Below are positions 27,338 through 35,779 of a DNA stretch of 54,565 nt, piece after piece (positions within the stretch are counted from its first letter, which is position 1; each line of letters begins with the position of its first letter). Both the position numbers and the translations under genes were made by a program. This DNA is from a virus (taxonomy: Duplodnaviria > Caudoviricetes), in the IMG/VR virus record IMGVR_UViG_3300010388_000206, positions 1-54,565 of that record. One strand, given 5' to 3'. The notes under the pieces were generated by a model, which was given only the letters and a program-made list of their open reading frames with translations, did not search any database and was not told the DNA's origin.

Positions 27338-27976
27338 ATGAGCCAATGGGGCAATGTCGATAATGCAAATAACTCAGTTATCTGGGCTACTGCAAGAGTA
27401 AATAGAAGTACCACAGTTGATGAGCGTAATGCACTTTACGGAAACACAACTGCTGATGCTTATATCACTGGTTTAACAGTAGGTCAATTTGGTGTTGATA
27501 CATCAGAAACATCTGCAACCAGTGGAGTTGCACATGCTGGTTGGGTACTTCGCACAGAAGGCTCAGGTGGTCGTGCAGGTCGTGTTCAATACGAAACACT
27601 CGTAGCTGGTGGTTCAATCACTGGTGATGGTTCGGATGATGGTCAGTTCCCTGATGCGAAGATCACTATCCTAACTCAACCTACAAGCGTTTCAGCTAAC
27701 TCAACTGCTAAGCAGTCAGTAACCTTTAGCCTAACAACCTCAATTGCACCTGTATCTGCAACAACCAACTATGCTTGGTTCTTCACATCACAGGCTGGCA
27801 ACACAGCAAGTTATGTACCAGTAGCTGGCAACACATCGTTCAGCAACGGAACAACATCAACTCTAACAGCCAACTCTACACTACTAGCAAGCAATACCCT
27901 AGTGTACGCAGTTGCATTCTCAAGCGGCGCTGCAAACGTAACTTCAAGCGCAGCAACACTTACCGTAACTACCTAA
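27338..27976 (+). CDS. virion structural protein with C-terminal Ig-like domain
   Basis: MSQWG, AHAGWV...GRVQYETLVA; ITILTQP...W...TLT...S..ATLTV Ig pattern. Confidence 0.75.
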   Translation: MSQWGNVDNANNSVIWATARVNRSTTVDERNALYGNTTADAYITGLTVGQFGVDTSETSATSGVAHAGWVLRTEGSGGRAGRVQYETLVAGGSITGDGSDDGQFPDAKITILTQPTSVSANSTAKQSVTFSLTTSIAPVSATTNYAWFFTSQAGNTASYVPVAGNTSFSNGTTSTLTANSTLLASNTLVYAVAFSSGAANVTSSAATLTVTT

Positions 27977-27990
27977 TTTAATGTTAATGC

Positions 27991-28016
27991 GAGTGGGGGA
28001 GTAAAATCCCCCACTC
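27991..28016 (+). terminator. probable intrinsic terminator
   Basis: GAGTGGGGGA-gtaaaa-TCCCCCACTC. Confidence 0.75.
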
Positions 28017-28035
28017 TATTTGTGTAAGAAAAAAT

Positions 28036-28419
28036 ATGTACCATGAAAAACTTGATGGCAACAACTTTTTGTTATTTGCTGCAAAGCACTATGACAATCC
28101 TCAATGCCACGACACGACAGAATTCTATGATGACCTAAAAAGATTTAAATATCTTAAACGACTATTCGTAAAATATCAAGAATCGGGTGAGTTACGTGAA
28201 CGACTAATATTAAATCATTTGATCATCCTATACAATGTTTTTGGTGAAGCTGCAACAAGGATGTTATTCTTGAAGCTTGAAGGACATTATTCTTGTTTAA
28301 AGCCATTCATTGTTATGCTTGGTTTCATGCCAGAAAAAATATTGGTTGAAAATAAAATTTATTACAGTAGTGATATTTCAATGGATCAAAATATTATACA
28401 AGTTTTAAGGAAAATTTGA
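28036..28419 (+). CDS. conserved T4-like hypothetical protein
   Basis: FAAKHYDNP...DDLKRFKY...ERLILNHLIILYNVF. Confidence 0.8.
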   Translation: MYHEKLDGNNFLLFAAKHYDNPQCHDTTEFYDDLKRFKYLKRLFVKYQESGELRERLILNHLIILYNVFGEAATRMLFLKLEGHYSCLKPFIVMLGFMPEKILVENKIYYSSDISMDQNIIQVLRKI

Positions 28420-28931
28420 TGGCAAAAAATACAGACAAAGGTGAGTATGATTATGAAGGTGACATGGCTATGTCACAGCTTAAGAGTGTTATGAGAAACG
28501 CTCAGAAGATTCATGACATGCTAAGTCCAGACACAAATCTTCCTGAGTGGGTCCAATCAAAGATCACTTTGGCTGAAGACTATATCTCAACTGCCGCCAA
28601 CTATCTACAGAGCGAAAACGTAGAAGAATCTAAGAACAAGCCATATGTTAAGCCATACTCACATGCTGGTAGCGATAAGCAAGCAGGATGGAAAGCTTCA
28701 AACAAACATGGTAAGCTAAAGTTTTTTGGTCTTGAATTCAAGAAGTCTGCTGAGAAACATGCTGGTATTACCAATGAAGAAATGGGTGCGCCAGCAAACG
28801 CAACTGGCCCTGCTGTATATGGCACAAACGGCGAAGACCCTGTTATGAATAAAAAGGCTGTTGATAAGTACAAGAATAGCAATCAGCCTCTAAAGCGTAA
28901 AACTTTGGATGATTTTAAAAAGGGAACCTGA
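28419..28931 (+). CDS. modular late protein
   Basis: EYDYEGDMA...LPEWVQSKITLA module; VEE/NEE linkers. Confidence 0.7.
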   Translation: MAKNTDKGEYDYEGDMAMSQLKSVMRNAQKIHDMLSPDTNLPEWVQSKITLAEDYISTAANYLQSENVEESKNKPYVKPYSHAGSDKQAGWKASNKHGKLKFFGLEFKKSAEKHAGITNEEMGAPANATGPAVYGTNGEDPVMNKKAVDKYKNSNQPLKRKTLDDFKKGT

Positions 28932-28932
28932 A

Positions 28933-29451
28933 ATGTTTAAAATGATCCCATTTCCTATTAAGATTATGGCAATTATTTTTATCGTACTTGGTGCTGCTGG
29001 TTGGGGTTATATGAAAGGCTCTGCACATGCAGAAGTAGAGCTAGCGAACTATAGAACCAGTGCAGAGAAGCAAATATCAGACCTTAAGACAGAGAATACA
29101 AAAATATCAGATAATGTAACGATAGAGTATGTTGACCGTACAAACACTATACGTGATAAAGAAATCATATACAAAGATCGTATTGTTGATCTTGGTCAAG
29201 GCCAAAACAATCTTTCCAATGGTTGGGTTGAACTTCACGATGCCGCAGCAAGATTAGCTGATCCGGATGCTGTATTAGCATCTGATTTATCACCATCTGG
29301 TGTAATGGATAACGCTGCTCTTGCAGTAGTAATAACAAACTATAGAGTAGCGCATGAGAATAAGCAACAACTTATTTCATTGCAGAATTGGATTAGAGAC
29401 AACCAAGCTGCAATTGAAGCTGCTAATCTAAAAGCGCCGAAGGAGAAGTAA
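28933..29451 (+). CDS. inner-membrane spanin (Rz-like)
   Basis: N-terminal TM, periplasmic helical region, LQNWI; adjacent lipoprotein gene. Confidence 0.75.
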   Translation: MFKMIPFPIKIMAIIFIVLGAAGWGYMKGSAHAEVELANYRTSAEKQISDLKTENTKISDNVTIEYVDRTNTIRDKEIIYKDRIVDLGQGQNNLSNGWVELHDAAARLADPDAVLASDLSPSGVMDNAALAVVITNYRVAHENKQQLISLQNWIRDNQAAIEAANLKAPKEK

Positions 29452-29452
29452 G

Positions 29453-29623
29453 GTGAAGCATTTTGTACTTTTACTACTACCTCTAGTACTTCTTGCAGGT
29501 TGTACTGGCAAAAAACGTTTAGTTACTCAAGCATATATGCCTTCACCGCCAGAAGTTCTTATGGAAGCACCAAAAGAACTAAATACAATCAAGGCAAAAG
29601 AAACAGAAGGAAAACCAAAATGA
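29453..29623 (+). CDS. outer-membrane spanin lipoprotein (Rz1-like)
   Basis: Read from sequence: GTG start, MKHFVLLLLPLVLLAGC lipobox, Pro-rich segment; 56 aa. Confidence 0.8.
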   Translation: MKHFVLLLLPLVLLAGCTGKKRLVTQAYMPSPPEVLMEAPKELNTIKAKETEGKPK

Positions 29624-29874
29624 GTTTGTGGCAGAAAATTAAAAATATATTTGATACTGGTCCAACTATCATTGAACAGCTTGAACAAATCGTTGAAGAA
29701 GAAAAGGCAGTTCTTAAGAATCTCAAGACTTCTGTGGATACTTCAGTCGATAAGGTTGAAGATGTTGTAAAGGCAGAAGCAAAATCTGTCAACAGTCAGA
29801 TTACTGATGCAGTAACACAGACAAAGCAAATTGTAAAGAAGCCACGTACACCTAGAAAGAAAAAGGTAGAATAA
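29620..29874 (+). CDS. hypothetical protein
   Basis: ATGA overlap; basic tail KKPRTPRKKK. Confidence 0.7.
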   Translation: MSLWQKIKNIFDTGPTIIEQLEQIVEEEKAVLKNLKTSVDTSVDKVEDVVKAEAKSVNSQITDAVTQTKQIVKKPRTPRKKKVE

Positions 29875-30114
29875 ATGGGAACACTTGGAAGATATATCTC
29901 AGAAACCATGAAGGGTGTCAACGGTTCTTTTTCGTCAAAAAGACTAGTGACAATCCTAAGCATTATTATGATGTGCGCTGGGTTCTTTGCTGATCTTCTT
30001 TATGATCTTTCCGTACCAGAGTTCATGTATAATGCAATCATGTATGTCGTTATTGCTGGTGTAGGATTTAGTGGAGCAGAGCACTTCTCAAAAAACATCA
30101 ATAACGGACAGTAA
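29875..30114 (+). CDS. putative holin (2 TM)
   Basis: SSKR followed by two TM helices; near the spanins. Confidence 0.55.
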   Translation: MGTLGRYISETMKGVNGSFSSKRLVTILSIIMMCAGFFADLLYDLSVPEFMYNAIMYVVIAGVGFSGAEHFSKNINNGQ

Positions 30115-30118
30115 GGCA

Positions 30119-30598
30119 ATGGTTACGGATACTGAAATTAAAAGGCTGGCTGAAACAGTCAATACCTTACAAAAAGATATGGCACAAGTAGGAACACTCG
30201 TTGATCGCCTAGACATAACCATTGAAAAATTAACAGAAGTTTCTTCTACTGTATCTCAACTCCTAGCCGTGCAAGGCAATCGTCTTGACTTCCAAGAAAA
30301 AATACAAGAAAGATTGGAAAAGGTCGTGGAAGAAAGACGACAAGAAACAGATAAAAATATAAAAGACGTTTATGTCCGCATCGAAAAGGTAGAAAAAGAC
30401 TTGCAAGAAGACATGGACGATTCACATAATAAAATTCTAACAAAAATAGAAGAACTTAGTAAGAGTGGTACCGAACAACATCAGGTGCTCAATGAGCGCA
30501 TGACACGTATGGAAAAGTGGATGTGGATGCTTATAGGCGGTGGTATCGTCGTAGGTACCCTGTTTGACAAAATCGACCTGAGTAAATTTTTCGGATAA
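30119..30598 (+). CDS. coiled-coil protein with C-terminal TM anchor
   Basis: Heptad pattern; RMEKWMWMLIGGG. Confidence 0.75.
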   Translation: MVTDTEIKRLAETVNTLQKDMAQVGTLVDRLDITIEKLTEVSSTVSQLLAVQGNRLDFQEKIQERLEKVVEERRQETDKNIKDVYVRIEKVEKDLQEDMDDSHNKILTKIEELSKSGTEQHQVLNERMTRMEKWMWMLIGGGIVVGTLFDKIDLSKFFG

Positions 30599-30604
30599 CA
30601 TCGC

Positions 30605-30633
30605 TTGACAGCCCCTTGCTGAGTCGTTATAAT
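30605..30633 (+). promoter_or_regulatory. consensus sigma70 promoter with TGAGTCG in the spacer
   Basis: TTGACA-17-TATAAT. Confidence 0.85.
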
Positions 30634-30673
30634 CCATTTGTTGGTTCAAAATACATTTGAATCTTTATATAAT

Positions 30674-31717
30674 ATGATGGAAAAACAAGTGGATTGGTTA
30701 GACAGAAAATACATTGGTTTTATAGCTAATAGGCTACGAAACTATAAGCAGAAATCTGAGAATCTTTATAACTTCTCATGTCCTATCTGCGGAGACTCCA
30801 AAACAGATAAACGCAAAGCACGTGCTTACTTCTATGAAAAGAAGGGTAAGGCATGGATGTGCTGTCACAACTGTGGTGTTGGTATGACAGTCGATAAGAT
30901 TGTCAAACACCTAGACCAAGGTCTATACAACGAATATATCAAAGAGCGTATGCTGGCCAATGGTCAGGAACGTAGAAAGACTGATGTTGAACTCTTCGCT
31001 GAAAAGATGAAGAAGCCCAAGTTCATGAAGACAAGTCCTTTGATGAAACTCAAAAAACTATCTCTACTTAATCCTGCTGGTCCAACACGTTTGTATGTTG
31101 ATGGTCGTAGAATCCCTACGTCTATGCACCACAAACTGTTTTATTGCAAGAACTTTAAGGCATGGGTCAACAGTTTTATTCCTGATAAGTTTGAGAATGT
31201 TGACAATGATGAAGCTCGTTTGATCATTCCTTTCATCGATAAGGATGGTGAGTTTTTTGGCTTTCAGGGCCGCTCACTAGCCAAGGAAAGCAACCTACGT
31301 TACATCACGATTATCCTTGATGAAGATCAGCCAAAGATTTATGGTCTTGATACCGTCGATATCGACAGGACTATATATGTGGTGGAAGGCCCGATTGATT
31401 CGATGTTCATTCCAAACGCAATTGCTTCTGCTGGTAGTGATCTTATCTCTAACCTAAGAGCATTGAGCACTGACAAGAGTAAGTTTGTGATTGTGTTTGA
31501 CAATGAGCCACGAAACAAGGAAATCGTCAAGAAGATTGAAAAGGCGATTGATCAGGGGTATAACGTATGTCTATGGCCTGATACGATTGAGCAGAAGGAT
31601 ATCAATGATATGATTCTTTCTGGTCTGTCATCACAGAAAATTGTTGACATTATCAACGAGAATACATACAGTGATCTGTCAGCAAAAATGAAATTTGCAA
31701 CATGGAAGAAGATTTAA
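30674..31717 (+). CDS. 61: DNA primase (T4 gp61-like)
   Basis: CPICGDS...CHNC zinc domain, FQGR, VVEGPIDSMF, DNEPRN, KDINDM (TOPRIM). Confidence 0.95.
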   Translation: MMEKQVDWLDRKYIGFIANRLRNYKQKSENLYNFSCPICGDSKTDKRKARAYFYEKKGKAWMCCHNCGVGMTVDKIVKHLDQGLYNEYIKERMLANGQERRKTDVELFAEKMKKPKFMKTSPLMKLKKLSLLNPAGPTRLYVDGRRIPTSMHHKLFYCKNFKAWVNSFIPDKFENVDNDEARLIIPFIDKDGEFFGFQGRSLAKESNLRYITIILDEDQPKIYGLDTVDIDRTIYVVEGPIDSMFIPNAIASAGSDLISNLRALSTDKSKFVIVFDNEPRNKEIVKKIEKAIDQGYNVCLWPDTIEQKDINDMILSGLSSQKIVDIINENTYSDLSAKMKFATWKKI

Positions 31718-31718
31718 T

Positions 31719-31979
31719 ATGATTATAGACCGTGCTATTGAAACTATTGAGAAATTTCCCGTCAATCCAGACGCACATATCATCTACATGGTGTACAACA
31801 ATGATATGGTTGGCACCACTGAAGATTTGATTCGTGATGTTCATGGCAAAGAATATTTCAACGAAAATGTCACAGTATCTCATATTGGTGGTAGGCTTCC
31901 AGACTTTCTAGAAGGCAAAAGGTGCATGATGTACTTTGATCCTTCACTTCACTCTCATATCGGAAATGGTCAAAACTGA
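31719..31979 (+). CDS. hypothetical protein
   Basis: Resembles ORF 35255-35617. Confidence 0.7.
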   Translation: MIIDRAIETIEKFPVNPDAHIIYMVYNNDMVGTTEDLIRDVHGKEYFNENVTVSHIGGRLPDFLEGKRCMMYFDPSLHSHIGNGQN

Positions 31980-32116
31980 TGTGGCGTAGGTTTCTATGTC
32001 GTATTGGATGGCATTGGTGGACACCATGGGATGCTCCTAGAGTGATGCCTGATGGTCGTTCACAACAATTTCGTGCGTGTAGAATCTGTAACAAGCAACA
32101 GAGGAATATTTTTTGA
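31979..32116 (+). CDS. 45-aa Zn-binding peptide (DUF1660-like pattern)
   Basis: Read from sequence: LCRIGWHWW...CRIC; TGATG coupling on both sides. Confidence 0.65.
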   Translation: MWRRFLCRIGWHWWTPWDAPRVMPDGRSQQFRACRICNKQQRNIF

Positions 32117-32637
32117 TGGGATACCAACTAAAACAATTGTTTGAAATATATAAAAGGAAACTTGATATGAGTGATCACCCTAAAGGAACTTACATTTCTG
32201 CCACTCTTTCAAAGAAGTCACAAGATGATTTGGATAAGTGGGTAACGGAACATAATATTCCTAATCCATCCGAACCAAGCGAATATCATTCTACGCTCAT
32301 TTATTCTCGTAAGGGAATTCCTGATGCCAAGAATTATGATATCCCACTTCCAATGAAGTCTAAGATTAAGGGATGGAAAATCTTTCCTACACAAGCTGGT
32401 GGCAATTGTCTAGTGGCAATTATGGACAGCCCTGAGATGACGAAGCATCACAAAACCATTCGTAAAGAATATGGTGCTACCCATGACTATCCAGAATATC
32501 ATCCCCATGTCACTATCAGTTATGATTATGGTGATCTTCCAGTACCTAAGGAAGTGCCTGATCTAGAACTTGAATATGATGATACTGAGTTCAAGCCGCT
32601 TGATCCAGATTTTGTTCCGCCTAAGAAGAGTGATTGA
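32116..32637 (+). CDS. 2H phosphoesterase, T4 gp57B/Acb1-like (anti-CBASS nuclease candidate)
   Basis: YHSTLIYSR and YHPHVTISY HxT motifs; start may be 32167. Confidence 0.85.
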   Translation: MGYQLKQLFEIYKRKLDMSDHPKGTYISATLSKKSQDDLDKWVTEHNIPNPSEPSEYHSTLIYSRKGIPDAKNYDIPLPMKSKIKGWKIFPTQAGGNCLVAIMDSPEMTKHHKTIRKEYGATHDYPEYHPHVTISYDYGDLPVPKEVPDLELEYDDTEFKPLDPDFVPPKKSD

Positions 32638-32639
32638 AT

Positions 32640-33029
32640 ATGAAAGTAATTATTGCAGGTACTCGATACAAAGATGCGGACCAAAAGATTCCATTTGATG
32701 ATTATGCTCTTATAGGACAAGCGGTCTGGCGTAGCAGATTTACTATCACTGAAGTAGTTAGTGGTTGTGCTATTGGAGCAGATCGTCTAGGTGAACAATG
32801 GGCTAGATTAAATGACATTCCTATTAAGGAAATGCCAGCAGATTGGACCCACAACGGAAAAGCTGCTGGTCAAATGCGTAACAAAGCAATGGCTGAATAT
32901 GCTGATGCTGCGATTGTTGTTTGGGATGGAAAGTCACCCGGTTCACGTAACATGATAGAAAATATGATTCGCAGAAAGAAGCCGTACTATGTGGCGTTGA
33001 CTTCTACCACACTAGAGGATTTTATGTGA
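32640..33029 (+). CDS. SLOG/YspA-like (DUF2493) protein
   Basis: IIAGTR, VVSGCAIGAD, AAGQMRNKAM, WDGKSPGS. Confidence 0.85.
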   Translation: MKVIIAGTRYKDADQKIPFDDYALIGQAVWRSRFTITEVVSGCAIGADRLGEQWARLNDIPIKEMPADWTHNGKAAGQMRNKAMAEYADAAIVVWDGKSPGSRNMIENMIRRKKPYYVALTSTTLEDFM

Positions 33030-33253
33030 TGAGTAAACCATATCCAGCATTATGTCGTGAATGTAAATGGTCACGCAAAGAAGACAATCGTGATTGGTAT
33101 CTGAGATGTGTTCATCCTGTAATTAATGCCAATGACTCATGGGCTTTATCTAAGGGCAGTAACGAATATGGATCAGACACACAAAAGGAACGTTCCAAAA
33201 AGGGATGGTTTGCCAAGTGTGGTATGAAGGGTAAACTATGGGAAGCCAAGTAA
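33029..33253 (+). CDS. Cys-rich hypothetical protein
   Basis: CRECKW...C...CG..GKLW. Confidence 0.7.
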   Translation: MSKPYPALCRECKWSRKEDNRDWYLRCVHPVINANDSWALSKGSNEYGSDTQKERSKKGWFAKCGMKGKLWEAK

Positions 33254-33378
33254 CATATCAAGATGCTATGGAATGGCTAGAAGAGAAGTGTGATAAGTCC
33301 GAAACTCTTGAAGAGCAACAAATTGTTGAATACATTCAAGAAGTTCTTTGGCGTGATTGGGATATGAGGAATAGCTGA
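33238..33378 (+). CDS. small hypothetical protein (46 aa)
   Basis: Read from sequence; fills the gap. Confidence 0.55.
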   Translation: MGSQVTYQDAMEWLEEKCDKSETLEEQQIVEYIQEVLWRDWDMRNS

Positions 33379-33539
33379 TGGGTAAGTGGAGCATAAAGTC
33401 AAAAGATTTTCGTGAATGGGTATTGAACGCTGATGATGACACCCTACAGGAATTTATTGACGAAATTGAAAGTGAAATCATTAGCCTTGAGCAAGATGAT
33501 TTCTTTGGCACTGAAGGTTTGAATAAGAGGTTTTCATAA
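33378..33539 (+). CDS. small acidic hypothetical protein (53 aa)
   Basis: Read from sequence; GAGGA RBS; stop/start coupling; DDFFGTEG. Confidence 0.65.
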   Translation: MGKWSIKSKDFREWVLNADDDTLQEFIDEIESEIISLEQDDFFGTEGLNKRFS

Positions 33540-33904
33540 TGAGCAAAGTAGTATCGATGATCAAAGCGACTGATACTGGTCGCCGCTCTATTAAGAAAGA
33601 GCGTTTAAGCAAAGTTATGGATATTAAAGAAGGTGTTGAAACTGACTTTGCCGCTCAATACAATATGTTGTACCGTATTGAAGTCAAGCTTGGCGCACAG
33701 ACTACTGTTCCAGCACATGACACTGATCGCCTACAATATGCTATTGAAGATACTAAAAGAAATGTCATAGAATATATGTTTGGTGAGTTTCGTCCATATT
33801 TTCGTGAGATAAGTATGGCTCTATGGGAAGAAGATACCAAAGCAGCGATGGAAATTCTTAAGCGTTTTGAAAAGCAGATGTTTGAAGAGGACAGTTTTGA
33901 ATGA
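33539..33904 (+). CDS. hypothetical protein
   Basis: GAGG RBS, coupled to neighbours. Confidence 0.75.
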   Translation: MSKVVSMIKATDTGRRSIKKERLSKVMDIKEGVETDFAAQYNMLYRIEVKLGAQTTVPAHDTDRLQYAIEDTKRNVIEYMFGEFRPYFREISMALWEEDTKAAMEILKRFEKQMFEEDSFE

Positions 33905-34791
33905 AGCAGTATCATGACATTCTAAGGCAAGTGCTCAATGACGGTATTGATCGTGAGGATCGTACTGGTGTTGGCACTCGTAGTCTATTCGGGCTACAGA
34001 TGCGTTTTGATCTACAGGAAGGGTTTCCTGCTGTTACCACAAAAAAACTTGCGTGGAAGGCTGTAGTGAGCGAATTATTGTGGTTTATTGAAGGTTCTGG
34101 CGATGAACGAAGACTCGCAGAGATAAATAGTAGCCCAACTACTATATGGACAGCAAATGCTGAAGCAGACTATTGGAAGCCGAAGGCTAAATTTGAAGGT
34201 GATCTAGGACGTGTTTATGGTGTACAATGGCGTCATTGGCGCAAATATGATGAAATGCTCGTCATGGGCGATGCTCATAACAAGGATGGATATAAACGTA
34301 TTGCTGTTGATCGTGGTGAAATTGACCAGCTTGCTGGATTGATCGAAGGTATCAAGAATGATCCTAATGGTCGTCGTCACATATTGACTGCATGGAATGT
34401 AGCTGAGCTTGATCAGATGGCATTGCCACCTTGTCATTGCTTCGCACAGTTCTTTGTCCATAACGGTAAGCTGAGTTGTCAGATGTATCAGCGTTCTGCT
34501 GATTTGTTTCTTGGCGTACCATTCAATATTGCTAGTTATGCTTTGCTTACTCATATGATTGCACAGGTTTGTGAACTTAATGTTGGCGAACTTATCATGA
34601 CTTTTGGTGATGCACATATCTACAAGAATCATTTTGATCAAGTGAATGAGCAACTTGTAAGAGAACCTTACCAGTTGCCTTATCTATGGTTAAACTCAGA
34701 TATCAAGAACATTGATGATTTCCGTATGGAGCATATTGACTTGTGTAATTATGTAAGTCATGGTACTATCAAGGCACCGATGGCAGTATGA
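33901..34791 (+). CDS. td: thymidylate synthase (ThyA)
   Basis: DRTGVGT, LPPCH, YQRSAD, PFNIASY, GDAHIY. Confidence 0.97.
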   Translation: MKQYHDILRQVLNDGIDREDRTGVGTRSLFGLQMRFDLQEGFPAVTTKKLAWKAVVSELLWFIEGSGDERRLAEINSSPTTIWTANAEADYWKPKAKFEGDLGRVYGVQWRHWRKYDEMLVMGDAHNKDGYKRIAVDRGEIDQLAGLIEGIKNDPNGRRHILTAWNVAELDQMALPPCHCFAQFFVHNGKLSCQMYQRSADLFLGVPFNIASYALLTHMIAQVCELNVGELIMTFGDAHIYKNHFDQVNEQLVREPYQLPYLWLNSDIKNIDDFRMEHIDLCNYVSHGTIKAPMAV

Positions 34792-35258
34792 TCATTATCG
34801 TAGTAGCCAGAGACATATTTGGTCTCATTGGTAAAGACAACAAGCTTCCATGGCATTGCAAGGAAGACCTTCAGCGTTTCAAGAGTATCACGATGGGGAA
34901 GAGGATTGTGATGGGGAGGAAAACGTTTGAAAGTCTTCCTAAGATGCTAGCAGGAAGAAAGCATATTGTCTTAACAAGGAATGAAGATTTTAGTCATGAG
35001 GGTGTTGAAGTTTTTCATAACATTGATGATCTACTTGTTACCTATCAAGGTAAGGAAGACTTGTACATCATTGGTGGAGCCGAAATATATAATCAGTTCA
35101 TCGAAAAGTTCGACATGATTGAGATGACGGTTATCAAAGGTGATTATGATGGCGACACATATTTTCCTGATCTACCAAGCGTACCCACAAGCATGAAAAT
35201 TGTTGAGAACACTGATGAATATATGTTCTTGACAATCAGAAGATTGGATGTAATATGA
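34788..35258 (+). CDS. frd: dihydrofolate reductase
   Basis: IG..NKLPW, MGRKTFESL, IIGGAEIY, GDTYFP. Confidence 0.96.
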   Translation: MIIIVVARDIFGLIGKDNKLPWHCKEDLQRFKSITMGKRIVMGRKTFESLPKMLAGRKHIVLTRNEDFSHEGVEVFHNIDDLLVTYQGKEDLYIIGGAEIYNQFIEKFDMIEMTVIKGDYDGDTYFPDLPSVPTSMKIVENTDEYMFLTIRRLDVI

Positions 35259-35617
35259 GTGAAAGATTACCTTATAATGGTCCAGTGGACAGTCCACTAA
35301 GGTATGTGAATTATTGCATACATCAAGGGCGACAGACTGGTAAGACTTATAAACTATTAATGTCTATTCCAGACAAGCCAATTGTTCTGGTTGTTCATAG
35401 TCAACGATATGCAGATGATCTTAAAGATCAACTTAAAAAGTTGCGTCCTGAGTATAATATAAAAAACATTAAGTTTGTGTCATATGCAGTGGGTGAAACC
35501 TATATAGATTTCATTCGAGGTCTAAGGCTCCCGATATATTATGATAATGCAGTACTTGACGTAATTCAACTTGATTATGTCAGACGCATGAATTCATTGT
35601 ATGGAGAAATAAAATGA
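35255..35617 (+). CDS. small P-loop-like hypothetical protein
   Basis: GRQTGKT Walker A-like motif. Confidence 0.65.
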   Translation: MSERLPYNGPVDSPLRYVNYCIHQGRQTGKTYKLLMSIPDKPIVLVVHSQRYADDLKDQLKKLRPEYNIKNIKFVSYAVGETYIDFIRGLRLPIYYDNAVLDVIQLDYVRRMNSLYGEIK

Positions 35618-35766
35618 GTGAAAGAGTAACGGTAGAATTCGATGATGAAAATCAAGAGTACTACATATCTTCACCCATTTTCGAAAAGTATTTTAAGGTC
35701 GGGGATTCTGTCAAGTGGACAGAAGTTAGCCCCGGCGTATTCGTTTTAACCAAAGCAGAAGAATAA
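35614..35766 (+). CDS. 50-aa protein, possible AbrB/MazE-like fold
   Basis: Read from sequence; GGAG RBS; FKVGDSVKW pattern. Confidence 0.55.
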   Translation: MSERVTVEFDDENQEYYISSPIFEKYFKVGDSVKWTEVSPGVFVLTKAEE

Positions 35767-35779
35767 GAGGCAATAATAA

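Noticed and set aside
29500-29619. N-terminal extension of ORF 29500-29874
   Set aside because: The region is better explained by the overlapping o-spanin frame; the likely start is ATG 29620
33901-34791. ThyA homolog as a dCMP hydroxymethylase providing a glycosylation handle
   Set aside because: It keeps the Asn of PFNIASY (dUMP specificity) and is coupled to DHFR, as expected for a canonical thymidylate synthase
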